Part shown: positions 1 to 9,985 of the stretch, piece after piece
Layout: each line of letters opens with the position of its first letter
Position numbering within the stretch: the stretch's first letter is position 1
Assembly: GCA_900319935.1 (NCBI GenBank)
Contig: ONQJ01000006.1
Coordinates: 94-64,093, forward strand
Source: an uncultured Eubacteriales bacterium
GTDB taxonomy: Bacteria > Bacillota > Clostridia > Oscillospirales > Oscillospiraceae
Direction of reading: 5' to 3'
DNA: 64,000 nt
Translations under genes and position numbers: made by a program
Notes under the pieces: generated by a model
Seen by the model: only the letters and a program-made list of their open reading frames with translations
What the model was told of the DNA's origin: nothing
The model's database searches: none

Positions 1-455
1 TCAAAGCGGGCCTTGACGATGCGCCGCTCCGGCGTGAACACGCCCAGATCGACGAGCGCGGGGATGTCCTCGCCCTCGGCAAGCAGATATTTCTTCTCCC
101 GGTCGTGCGCGGCCGGAGCGCCGCCGGGGCGCGCAACGGCGCTCCGGGCGCTTTTGCGGTAGCTCCCGTCGCGGCGCAGGACATACTGCGCGGCTTCCTC
201 GCCGGACATGATCAGCACCTGACGGTAGAAGCCGGCAAGTTCTTCCTCGATGACCGCAAGCAGCTCCTGCTCCGTGAGGTTGCGGTGGAAGGCCTTGTTG
301 TCACGAAAGCTCTCCAGCTGGAACAGGCTGCGCCCCTTGATCGCGACGGGCCGCAGCGCCGCCTTCTGATACGGCGCGCCCTCGGTGGGCTGGGAAAAGA
401 CCGCCTTCTGCAGCCGCGGCAGCGCGGCGGCAAGCTCCATTTTCAGATCAGCCAT
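1..455 (-). CDS. class I SAM-dependent methyltransferase-like protein, N-terminal part (3' end runs off the window)
   Basis: Minus-strand frame is open from the ATG at 455-453 to the window edge. It is absent from the ORF track because no stop lies in the window. Translation: MADLKMELAAALPRLQKAVFSQPTEGAPYQKAALRPVAIKG...DREKKYLLAEGEDIPALVDLGVF. The ATG overlaps the rsmI stop (ATGA). The family name is from remembered resemblance only. Confidence 0.5.
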   Translation of the reverse strand, partial: MADLKMELAAALPRLQKAVFSQPTEGAPYQKAALRPVAIKGRSLFQLESFRDNKAFHRNLTEQELLAVIEEELAGFYRQVLIMSGEEAAQYVLRRDGSYRKSARSAVARPGGAPAAHDREKKYLLAEGEDIPALVDLGVFTPERRIVKARF

Positions 456-1327
456 CAGATCAGCCTCTTGAGATTCAGCAGAGCGGCCTTGAGCTCGTTC
501 TTGCTGTAAGAATTGTTCTCGTCCGCGAGCACCGCGGCGACGGCGTCCTTGCCGGAGACGCCCTGCGCGATCATCGCGTCGACGAGCATCGCCTCGGCCG
601 AGACGGTGTGCTCGGTCTTGGTGAAGAGATAGTCTTCCCGGATCTCGACGACGACGGCGTACTCGCCCTTGTCGTAATTGCCCTTGGCCAGCAGCTTGTC
701 CTTCACCTCGGAAGGACTGCCGCGAAAGCTCATCTCGTGCAGCTTCGTCAGGTCGTTGCACAGGCACATCTCCACGCCGGCCCCGCTGTCGACGAAAAAG
801 TCCACCAGCTCCATGATGCGCTTGGGGCTTTCGTAAAAGACGAAGGTGCGCGTATCGCCGCGCCGCAGCTTTTCAAGGAGTTTTCTTCTCTCGGCGTTCT
901 CCCGCGGGAAGAAGCCGTAGAAAAGAAAGCTTGACAGATCGAAGCCCGACACGGACAGCGCCGTGACAGCCGCGCAGCAGCCGGGAACGCCGACGACGTC
1001 GATCCCCGCCTCGACCGCGGCGCGGATGAGCTCGTTCCCGGGGTCGGAGATGCAGGGCGTCCCGGCGTCGGTGATCACGGCGACGCTCTTGCCGGCAAGC
1101 ATTTCATCCACGAAATACCGCGCCTTGCCGTATTCGTTGAACTTGTGGTTGGAGACCAGCCTGTTGCGGATCTCCAGCTTGTTTAACAGCACCATCGAGC
1201 GGCGCGTGTCCTCCGCGGCGATGATGTCGACCGTGGAGAGGATCTCGCGCCCGCGCGGCGACATGTCGCGCGAATTGCCGATGGGCGTGGCGACGATGTA
1301 GAGCTTTCCTTTTTCGTTCTGTTCCAT
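455..1327 (-). CDS. rsmI: 16S rRNA (cytidine1402-2'-O)-methyltransferase RsmI
   Basis: 290 aa. N-terminus KLYIVATPIGNSRDMSPRGREILSTVDIIAAEDTR is typical of the RsmI tetrapyrrole-methylase fold. Confidence 0.9.
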   Translation of the reverse strand: MEQNEKGKLYIVATPIGNSRDMSPRGREILSTVDIIAAEDTRRSMVLLNKLEIRNRLVSNHKFNEYGKARYFVDEMLAGKSVAVITDAGTPCISDPGNELIRAAVEAGIDVVGVPGCCAAVTALSVSGFDLSSFLFYGFFPRENAERRKLLEKLRRGDTRTFVFYESPKRIMELVDFFVDSGAGVEMCLCNDLTKLHEMSFRGSPSEVKDKLLAKGNYDKGEYAVVVEIREDYLFTKTEHTVSAEAMLVDAMIAQGVSGKDAVAAVLADENNSYSKNELKAALLNLKRLI

Positions 1328-1340
1328 ATCCGTTTTGTCC

Positions 1341-1709
1341 TCAAAACTCGTCGGCGTACTGTTTCGCGCGCTTCGGCGCGGTCAGATCATAACTGTCGCG
1401 GACCATTTTTTCGATCACGTCTTCGTCCACGCTGCCGTCGAGGATGATGCTCGACCAGTGCAGCTTGTTCATGTGATAGGCCGGCACGATCGAGGCGAAT
1501 TCCCGCCTCCAGAAGTCGCCCCAGCCGGGCTCGTTCTTCACGCTCATCCAGATCAGACCCTCGCGCTCGAAAATCAGCGCGAAGATCTTTTTGTTCGAGC
1601 CGTGACGCATGCAGCTCCAGTTGCCGTCGTCGAAGGGATAGTCCTCATAGGCGCCGGGGAAGGAGAGGCACAGGTCGATCGCCTCCCGACGTGTTCTCAT
1701 GCAAAGCAC
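1341..1709 (-). CDS. MmcQ/YjbR family DNA-binding protein
   Basis: 122 aa. Motifs FPGAYEDYPFDDGNW...KIFALI...YHMNKLHWSSIILDG are typical of the YjbR/MmcQ family. The start could be the second Met, 3 codons in. Confidence 0.8.
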   Translation of the reverse strand: MLCMRTRREAIDLCLSFPGAYEDYPFDDGNWSCMRHGSNKKIFALIFEREGLIWMSVKNEPGWGDFWRREFASIVPAYHMNKLHWSSIILDGSVDEDVIEKMVRDSYDLTAPKRAKQYADEF

Positions 1710-1852
1710 CTCGCTGCTTTTTTTATCAGTATATCACGGCTTTCCCCGCTTGTCATCCGAAAAGCGCGCGCGGGCGCTTTTTTGCGAAAGGGCTTGCAAT
1801 CTTTTTCGCGGTAAATTATTATAAGGGCAAAACGGTAAAGGGAGGTCTGCAC

Positions 1853-2590
1853 ATGGACTTCAACGTCAACAGCCCCGTCCTCTTCGTCGTGGCCGGGATC
1901 GCCGTGGCGGTCGTGCTGGCGCAGTCGGTCTGTTTTCTTATCAAGGCCTGGCGGCGCGGCGCGGCGATCGGCATGGACCCGCAAAAGCTCCGGCGCACGG
2001 CCCGCACGGCGGCGGTCTTCACGATCGCGCCGGCGGCGGCCATCGTCATCAGCGTCATCACGCTCTCGCGGGATCTCGGCGTACCGCTGCCCTGGCTGCG
2101 GCTGAGCGTCGTGGGCAACCTCTCCTACGAGACCATCGCCGCGACCAACGCCGAAAGCGCCATGGGCCTGACCTTCGGCCGCGTCAGCGCGCTGACGGCG
2201 CAGCAGTATGTGACGATCGCCTCCGTGATGACGATCAGCATCATGACCGGCATCTGGCTCGTCCCGCTGATCGGCGAGAAGCTGATCAACGGCATGATCA
2301 ACATGGAAAACCGCGACAAGAAATGGGGCGAGATCTTCACCGCCTCGATGTTCATCGGCATGATCTCGGCCTTTATCGGCTATGTTTTCTGCGATTTCTC
2401 CGGCGTTTTCCGCGGGATCACCGCGGGGCTCGTCCCGGTGCTCGTGATGGTCGTCTCGGCGCTGGTGATGACGGCGCTGGGGCTCGCCTCCAAAAGAAAA
2501 GGGCTGCGCGTGCTTGCCGATTACGCGCTTCCGCTGAGCCTGATCGCCGGGATGGCCGCAGCCATCCCGCTGACGGCCGCGCTCGGCTGA
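1853..2590 (+). CDS. DUF5058-type multi-pass membrane protein
   Basis: ATG at 1853 follows AAAGGGAGG. Translation MDFNVNSPVLFVVAGIAVAVVLAQ... is hydrophobic throughout. The ORF-track start at 1691 lies upstream of the RBS and is unlikely. Confidence 0.75.
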   Translation: MDFNVNSPVLFVVAGIAVAVVLAQSVCFLIKAWRRGAAIGMDPQKLRRTARTAAVFTIAPAAAIVISVITLSRDLGVPLPWLRLSVVGNLSYETIAATNAESAMGLTFGRVSALTAQQYVTIASVMTISIMTGIWLVPLIGEKLINGMINMENRDKKWGEIFTASMFIGMISAFIGYVFCDFSGVFRGITAGLVPVLVMVVSALVMTALGLASKRKGLRVLADYALPLSLIAGMAAAIPLTAALG

Positions 2591-2605
2591 AAGGAGGAGA
2601 ACAAG

Positions 2606-3274
2606 ATGGATTCAAGACAGAGCTATCTCAAGTCCGTCCACCGCGACGGCCGCATCTGGAACCTCTCCGTGGCCGCGATCCTGATCCTCGTCCCGATCGT
2701 GATCGGCGCGATCTACCACACCCTGCCGGACTGGAACGGCCTTCTGCTGGGCCTTGTTGCCACGGCCCCGATGTACTGGGCCGTCGGCGCGATCGAGACC
2801 GTGACCTACGTGCCGATGCTCGGCGCGGGCGGCTCGTACCTCTCCTTCGTCACGGGCAACATCTCCAACCTCAAGCTGCCCGTGGCGCTCAACGCGCTCG
2901 AGCAGGCGGAGGTCAGCATCAACTCCGAGGAAGGGGAGATCATTTCGACGATCGCGATCGCGGTGTCGAGCATCGTCACGACACTGATCATCATCCTCGG
3001 CGTGCTGCTCATCACGCCGCTGACGCCGCTGCTGGACTCGCCCGCGCTCGCGCCCGCCTTCGCCCAGATCCTGCCCGCGCTCTTCGGCGCGCTCGGCGTG
3101 GTGTTCATTTCAAAGAACTGGAAGATCGCCGTCGCGCCCGTGCTGCTGATGCTCGTCCTTTTCATCGCCGTCCCCGCGCTCAACGCCTCGACGGTGGGCA
3201 TCATGGTGCCCGTGGGCGTGCTCTTCACGCTCGGCGTGTCGCGCATCCTGTATAAGAGGGGGGTGCTGGGATGA
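2606..3274 (+). CDS. integral membrane protein of unknown function
   Basis: 222 aa with several hydrophobic spans. RBS AAGGAGGAG lies upstream. The stop overlaps the start of the next gene. Confidence 0.75.
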   Translation: MDSRQSYLKSVHRDGRIWNLSVAAILILVPIVIGAIYHTLPDWNGLLLGLVATAPMYWAVGAIETVTYVPMLGAGGSYLSFVTGNISNLKLPVALNALEQAEVSINSEEGEIISTIAIAVSSIVTTLIIILGVLLITPLTPLLDSPALAPAFAQILPALFGALGVVFISKNWKIAVAPVLLMLVLFIAVPALNASTVGIMVPVGVLFTLGVSRILYKRGVLG

Positions 3275-4704
3275 TCGGCTGGATCGTTTTGGCCGTAATC
3301 GCCGCGCTGCTCGCGCTGATCCTGGTCCGCACGTCGCTCTTCCGCCCGAAAGAGCAGAAAGAGGAGACGTACGAGGAGATAAGCTTCGACCGCGAAGCGG
3401 CGCTGGGCGCGCTCGCCGCGCTGGTGCGCTGCCGCACGGTGTCGAGCGAGGATCCCGCAAAGGAGGACGACGCGGAGTTTGAAAAGCTCATCGCGCTGCT
3501 GCCCGCGCTCTATCCGAGGGTATTCGAGACCTGCACGCTGCTGCGTCTGCCGGACCGCGGCCTGCTCTTCACCTGGAAGGGGCGCGAGCCGGGCAAGCCC
3601 GCCGTGCTGATGGCGCACTACGACGTGGTCCCCGTCGAGGAGGAAAACTGGGAGGTCCCGCCCTTTGAGGCGCTCATCCGCGACGGCGCGATGTGGGGCC
3701 GCGGCACGCTGGACACGAAATCCACCTTCAACGGTATCCTCTCCGCGGCGGAGAACCTGCTCGCGCAGGGCTTCACGCCGCTTCACGATATCTATTTCGC
3801 CTTTTCCGGCGGCGAGGAGGTCAACGGCCTCGGCGCGGTGCATATCGTGGAGTATTTCGCCGAGCGCGGCATCGAGCCCGAGCTTGTCCTCGACGAGGGC
3901 GGCGCCGTCGTGGAGAACGTGTTCCCCGGCGTGAGCAAGCCCTGCGGTCTTGTCGGCATCGCGGAAAAGGGCATGATGAATCTGGAATTCTCGGTGAAGT
4001 CCTCGGGCGGCCACGCCTCCGCCCCCGCGCCGCATACGCCGATCGGCAAGCTCTCCGCGGCCTGCGCGCGCGTGGAAAACCGCCCCTTCCGCGCGCATTT
4101 CACCAAGCCCGCGCTGGAGATGTTCGATACGCTCGGACGGAATTCAAGCTTTGTCTATCGCATGATCTTCGCCAATCTCTGGGCCTTTGGCTGGATCCTG
4201 GACCTGATCTGCAAAAAAAGCGGCGGCGAGCTCAACGCTCTGCTGCGTACGACCGTAGCCTTCACGCAGATGCAGGGCAGCAAGGCGCCGAACGTGCTCC
4301 CGCCCTCGGCCTCGATGGTGGCGAACCTGCGCCTCAACCCGCAGGACAGCGTGCGCGGCGCGCTCGGCAGGATCCGCGCCGTCGTCAAGGACCCGGACGT
4401 GGAGCTCAGGGTGCTGCGCTCCTTCGAGCCGAGCCCCATCTCCCGCACCGACTGCGAGGGCTGGCGGCGCGTCTCGAGCGCGGTCGCGGGGACCTGGCGG
4501 GGCTGCCTCGTCGCGCCGTATCTGATGGTCCAGTGCTCGGACAGCCGCCACTACCGCAGGCTCTCCGACAAGGTCTACCGCTTCTCGGCCATGGATCTGG
4601 CAAAGGAGGAGCGCGCCTCGATCCACGGCAACAACGAGCACATCCGCCTCGACACGGCCTGCCGCGCGGTCGAGTTTTTCATCCGCGTGATGAAGCAGTG
4701 CTGA
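3271..4704 (+). CDS. M20/M25/M40 family metallo-hydrolase with N-terminal membrane anchor
   Basis: 477 aa. Motifs MAHYDVVPV, RGTLDTK, FSGGEEVNG, LDEGG and GGHAS fit the M20 peptidase family. Confidence 0.85.
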   Translation: MIGWIVLAVIAALLALILVRTSLFRPKEQKEETYEEISFDREAALGALAALVRCRTVSSEDPAKEDDAEFEKLIALLPALYPRVFETCTLLRLPDRGLLFTWKGREPGKPAVLMAHYDVVPVEEENWEVPPFEALIRDGAMWGRGTLDTKSTFNGILSAAENLLAQGFTPLHDIYFAFSGGEEVNGLGAVHIVEYFAERGIEPELVLDEGGAVVENVFPGVSKPCGLVGIAEKGMMNLEFSVKSSGGHASAPAPHTPIGKLSAACARVENRPFRAHFTKPALEMFDTLGRNSSFVYRMIFANLWAFGWILDLICKKSGGELNALLRTTVAFTQMQGSKAPNVLPPSASMVANLRLNPQDSVRGALGRIRAVVKDPDVELRVLRSFEPSPISRTDCEGWRRVSSAVAGTWRGCLVAPYLMVQCSDSRHYRRLSDKVYRFSAMDLAKEERASIHGNNEHIRLDTACRAVEFFIRVMKQC

Positions 4705-4719
4705 AAAAAGACCGAAAAA

Positions 4720-4752
4720 GAAGAAAGCCCTCACGGAGGGCTTTCTTCTTTT
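4720..4752 (+). terminator. rho-independent terminator after the M20 gene
   Basis: Perfect 13-bp stem GAAGAAAGCCCTC / GAGGGCTTTCTTC with a 3-nt loop. An A-run lies upstream and TTTT downstream. Confidence 0.8.
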
Positions 4753-4973
4753 CAGCATGTCAAAAAAGTCCTCTCGGACTTTTTTGACTGCGCTTCTGCC
4801 GCCACGCATTTTGACAGACGTCAAAATGCGGAAGCCCGAAAAAGCCTGACAGATCAGCCTTTTTCGGATGGCGGCTGATTGTACTCGAGGCGGGCCTTGC
4901 CCCCTCGAGCTCCCCCGCGGCTCTGTCATCCTACGCAGCAGCGAGGTTTTTTAACATCTTGAGAAGAAAGCCC

Positions 4974-6566
4974 TCACGGAGGGCTTTCTTCTTTCATATA
5001 TCCCGCCTGTGCGAGCAGCCTTTCGGCGCGCCGGGACGAGATCGCGGCGTCCCAGAAACCGCGTTTGTATCCGGCGCGTCTGGTCAGACGGCAGTCGAGT
5101 CCCCAGCACTGGTCCTCATTCGGCCTGTTCTGCGCGTCGGGCCGATCCGCCGCGTTTCGCAGACGCAGCATTTCGGGGATCGCGTCGTCGCCGAGAGAGG
5201 AAAAATAAGAAACGTCGAGATGCTGCGCCCTTCCCGACAGAAAGCGATCGACGTTGTATCGGGCGATCAGGCGGTTGCTGCCCGGCAGAACGAGCAGCAG
5301 GAACAGCACGACCGTCACGGCCATGGCGAGCGGGACCGCTTTGAACTGCGGGCGGAACTGCTTGACGAGCGTGATGAGAAAGAGGGCCGTGAGCAGCAGC
5401 ATGAACCAGGCGGCGTGATAGCGGTCGGGCGTGAGACCGAAGCGCGTCACGTAAAGCCAGAGCTTCGAGACGGCCGTCGCGATCAGGACCAGCGTGAAGA
5501 GCGCGAGGACGACGCACAGGGCGCGGCGGAGCTTTTCAAATCCGCGGCGCACGTAGCGGGAGAGGGCGAGCAGCACGCAGAAGTTCAGCGCGGCCACCGC
5601 ACAGAGCTCGAAAAAGCCCTCGCGCGCATAGTCGGCATAGCCGGTCGTAAGGTCGGAATACCCCAGTTCATAGGGGAGCTGCAGCGCAAAGCCCGAGGTG
5701 AAGTAGTCCAGCTGAGACACAAAATAGATGACGTAAAGCGCCAGCAGCGGGATCACGGCGGCGCACGCGCTCATAAGCGGCAGCACGCGTCGCTTCTCGG
5801 CCCTGTCGCGGATCCTCTCGGCCTCGGCCTCCTTGTTCGGCCGGCCGACGACGGAGGAGTGACAGAGACCGAAGACATACATGGCCACGGGGATACCGAA
5901 GAGGAAACGGAGGATATCCCCGGTCGGATCCTCCGCCTCGACACGGAAGAGCTTTTCCGTCAGGGCGATAAAACGCTCGTCGTAGGACAGAAGGGCGAAG
6001 GCGATACAAGTCGGGATCACCGCCAGCGCGAGCCCGAGCAGCAGCTTGAGCAGCGTGCGTCCGACGCCCTTGCCCTTCGACGGCACGAGAGCGGGGAAGA
6101 GCCTGACGAAGGAGCTGAAGGGAAACACGAACCAGGCGCGCAGCAGATCGGCGCCAAGCAGATCGCTCCACGCGCCCTCGAGGCTGTTGCCCGTGACGGT
6201 GCAGACGAGATAGGCATAGGCCGCGATCAGATAGGTAAAGCAGAGAAAGGCGTGAAAGGGATTGTCCCACATCAGCATCGCGAGCAGCGCGAGCGCGGCG
6301 GAGAGCAGCACGAGCCGCGTCACGACGCCGAAGCGGCAGCGGCCGCGCAGCAGGACGAGAAAGGTAAAGGCGTAGATCGAAACAGCCAGCAGCGCCGCCG
6401 CAAAAGGAAGGTGGTCCCACATCGGGTTGACGCGACAGAAGAAATAGCCGAAGACGAGCAAAAGCCAGGCAAAGAGCGTTTCGACCGGGCGGAAGCGCGG
6501 CTTCTGCGGGAGAATATCCGCCGCATCCGCCGGAACGGGGGAGAGGGTCTTTTCTTCGTCCATCAT
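4974..6566 (-). CDS. DUF4153-type polytopic membrane protein
   Basis: 530 aa and very hydrophobic. It is translationally coupled (ATGA) to the upstream yozG-like gene. The last 7 codons are encoded by the palindromic hairpin at 4963-4991. Confidence 0.75.
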   Translation of the reverse strand: MMDEEKTLSPVPADAADILPQKPRFRPVETLFAWLLLVFGYFFCRVNPMWDHLPFAAALLAVSIYAFTFLVLLRGRCRFGVVTRLVLLSAALALLAMLMWDNPFHAFLCFTYLIAAYAYLVCTVTGNSLEGAWSDLLGADLLRAWFVFPFSSFVRLFPALVPSKGKGVGRTLLKLLLGLALAVIPTCIAFALLSYDERFIALTEKLFRVEAEDPTGDILRFLFGIPVAMYVFGLCHSSVVGRPNKEAEAERIRDRAEKRRVLPLMSACAAVIPLLALYVIYFVSQLDYFTSGFALQLPYELGYSDLTTGYADYAREGFFELCAVAALNFCVLLALSRYVRRGFEKLRRALCVVLALFTLVLIATAVSKLWLYVTRFGLTPDRYHAAWFMLLLTALFLITLVKQFRPQFKAVPLAMAVTVVLFLLLVLPGSNRLIARYNVDRFLSGRAQHLDVSYFSSLGDDAIPEMLRLRNAADRPDAQNRPNEDQCWGLDCRLTRRAGYKRGFWDAAISSRRAERLLAQAGYMKEESPP

Positions 6567-6769
6567 TCGCCCTCCTTATATTCCAGGATATCCTCCACCC
6601 TGCAGTCGAGCGCTTTGCAGATCGCGTCGAGCGTGGAGAAGCGGACGGCCTTGGCCTTGTTGTTCTTGAGGATCGAGAGATTGGCCAGCGTGATGCCCAC
6701 TTTTTCCGACAGCTCGCCGAGGGACATCTTTCTTTTGGCCATCATCACATCGAGATTGACTACGATCAT
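6563..6769 (-). CDS. YozG-like Cro/C1 (XRE) family HTH transcriptional regulator
   Basis: 68 aa. MIVVNLDVMMAKRKMSLGELSEKVGITLANLSILKNNKAKAVRFSTLDAICKALDCRVEDILEY is the classic YozG pattern. Confidence 0.9.
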   Translation of the reverse strand: MIVVNLDVMMAKRKMSLGELSEKVGITLANLSILKNNKAKAVRFSTLDAICKALDCRVEDILEYKEGE

Positions 6770-6778
6770 GCCGCCACC

Positions 6779-7237
6779 TCAGACCGTCAGGTCGTTTTCG
6801 GCCTTGATGGCCGTGGCCTCTTCGATCACGTTCTTCACCACGCGCAGGCACAGACCCAGCAGCGCCGCTGTGAAGGCGAGCGCGAGCGCGATGAGAAAAT
6901 AGGGCGTTGCGAGCAGGAACAGCAGGCTGATCGCGATCGCGCACCAGCTCACGCCGCGGATGAGAGAAACGGCTCTGGCGGTAAAGACCTCGCCCGCGCG
7001 GACCAGGAGCAGCAGCCGGAAGAGAAGATAATCCGCCAGCATCGCGAAGAGCACCACGCAGTAGCCGACGGCCGTGATCAGCACGGCGTCGCCCGTCATG
7101 ACCGTGCGCAGCGAAAGCGAGCGGATATGACGGACAAAGCCGGGCAGTATGAACAGACAGGCGATCAGAACGGCGAGAAACAAGCCCGTCAGAACCAGCG
7201 AGACACTTACGGAAGCTTTTTTCGAAATACGGAACAT
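6779..7237 (-). CDS. DUF2975-type membrane protein
   Basis: 152 aa with 4 hydrophobic spans. It is the first gene of the DUF2975 / yozG / DUF4153 arrangement. Confidence 0.75.
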   Translation of the reverse strand: MFRISKKASVSVSLVLTGLFLAVLIACLFILPGFVRHIRSLSLRTVMTGDAVLITAVGYCVVLFAMLADYLLFRLLLLVRAGEVFTARAVSLIRGVSWCAIAISLLFLLATPYFLIALALAFTAALLGLCLRVVKNVIEEATAIKAENDLTV

Positions 7238-7339
7238 AGCTTAGCCCTCCTTTGTTCACAAGCCGAGCATAGCACGGAAAATATCGAAAGTCAACTAAAA
7301 TTTATCGAAAAACAATAAAACAATTTGTGAACAAAGGAC

Positions 7340-7367
7340 TTGACTTTCGGAGAGAAGCGAGTATAAT
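7340..7367 (+). promoter_or_regulatory. sigma-A type promoter of the metal-resistance operon
   Basis: TTGACT at 7340-7345, 16-nt spacer, TATAAT at 7362-7367. Confidence 0.55.
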
Positions 7368-7379
7368 AACGATTGAAGA

Positions 7380-7397
7380 TATGAACGAATGTTCATA
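7380..7397. promoter_or_regulatory. candidate ArsR/SmtB operator
   Basis: Perfect inverted repeat TATGAAC-GAAT-GTTCATA between the -10 box and the RBS of the HMA gene. An ArsR-family gene lies in the same operon. Confidence 0.55.
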
Positions 7398-7424
7398 CGT
7401 TAAAAGAACAGAGAGGACCGCGAC

Positions 7425-7643
7425 ATGAAAAAGAGCTTTAAGATCGAAGTGGACTGCGCCGCCTGCGCGCTGAAGATGGAAGAAGCCGCGAAAAAGACCG
7501 AGGGCGTGAAGGACGCCTCCGTCAATTTCATGGCGCTGAAGATGAACGTCGAGTTCGAAGAGGGCGCCGACGTGAAGAGCACCATGGAAAAGGTGCTGAA
7601 AAACTGCCGCAAGGTGGAAAGAGACTGCGAGATCGAGTTTTAG
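7425..7643 (+). CDS. heavy-metal-associated (HMA) domain protein, CopZ-like metallochaperone
   Basis: 72 aa. CxxC metal-binding motif (VDCAACALKM) in a ferredoxin-like HMA pattern. Confidence 0.85.
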   Translation: MKKSFKIEVDCAACALKMEEAAKKTEGVKDASVNFMALKMNVEFEEGADVKSTMEKVLKNCRKVERDCEIEF

Positions 7644-7662
7644 TTTTCGGGAGGCGAGAGCC

Positions 7663-9531
<1,869 letters not shown>

Positions 9532-9569
9532 TTTTCCGAAGAAAACGTGTATAATATGAGGAGAAAGCG

Positions 9570-9935
9570 ATGGACGAAAACCGTTTTGCAGAATGCTGCG
9601 AGAGCAGGGAAGTGCACGAGGATCTGCTGAAGATCGTGGCGGAGACCATGCCGGAGGAAGAAAAGCTCCTCGATCTGTCGGAGCTGTTCAAGGTCTTCGG
9701 CGATTCGAGCCGCATCCGCATCCTCTTCGTGCTCTTCGAGGCGGAGGTCTGCGTCTGCGATCTGGCCGAGGCGCTGCGCATGACGCAGTCGGCCGTGTCC
9801 CACCAGCTGGGGATCCTCAAGCGCAGCAAGCTCGTCAAAAGCCGGCGCGAGGGGAAGAGCGTGTTTTATTCGCTCGCCGACGACCATGTCCGCACGATCA
9901 TTTCGCAGGGCATGGAGCATATCAGCGAGCTGTAA
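9570..9935 (+). CDS. ArsR/SmtB family metalloregulator
   Basis: 121 aa. ELFKVFGDSSRIRILFVL...CVCDLAEALRMTQSAVSHQLGILKRSKLV is a winged HTH with an alpha-3 type Cys pair. Confidence 0.9.
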   Translation: MDENRFAECCESREVHEDLLKIVAETMPEEEKLLDLSELFKVFGDSSRIRILFVLFEAEVCVCDLAEALRMTQSAVSHQLGILKRSKLVKSRREGKSVFYSLADDHVRTIISQGMEHISEL

Positions 9936-9985
9936 AAGAGAAACCTCCATAAGGGCGAAGCTTTTTGCTGAGCCCTTTTTTGACC

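Noticed and set aside
2806-4098. Long antisense ORFs. Examples are 2806-4098, 4959-6902, 12884-14467, 15231-16223, 20722-22362, 22533-24119, 23809-25167, 30950-32698, 32879-34342, 34816-37008, 38363-39700, 45059-46726, 52836-53927 and 54585-55784
   Set aside because: Each lies opposite a gene with strong family motifs and proper RBS or start context. All have Arg/Ala/Gly/Asp-rich translations without motifs. They are artefacts of stop-codon scarcity in GC-rich DNA.
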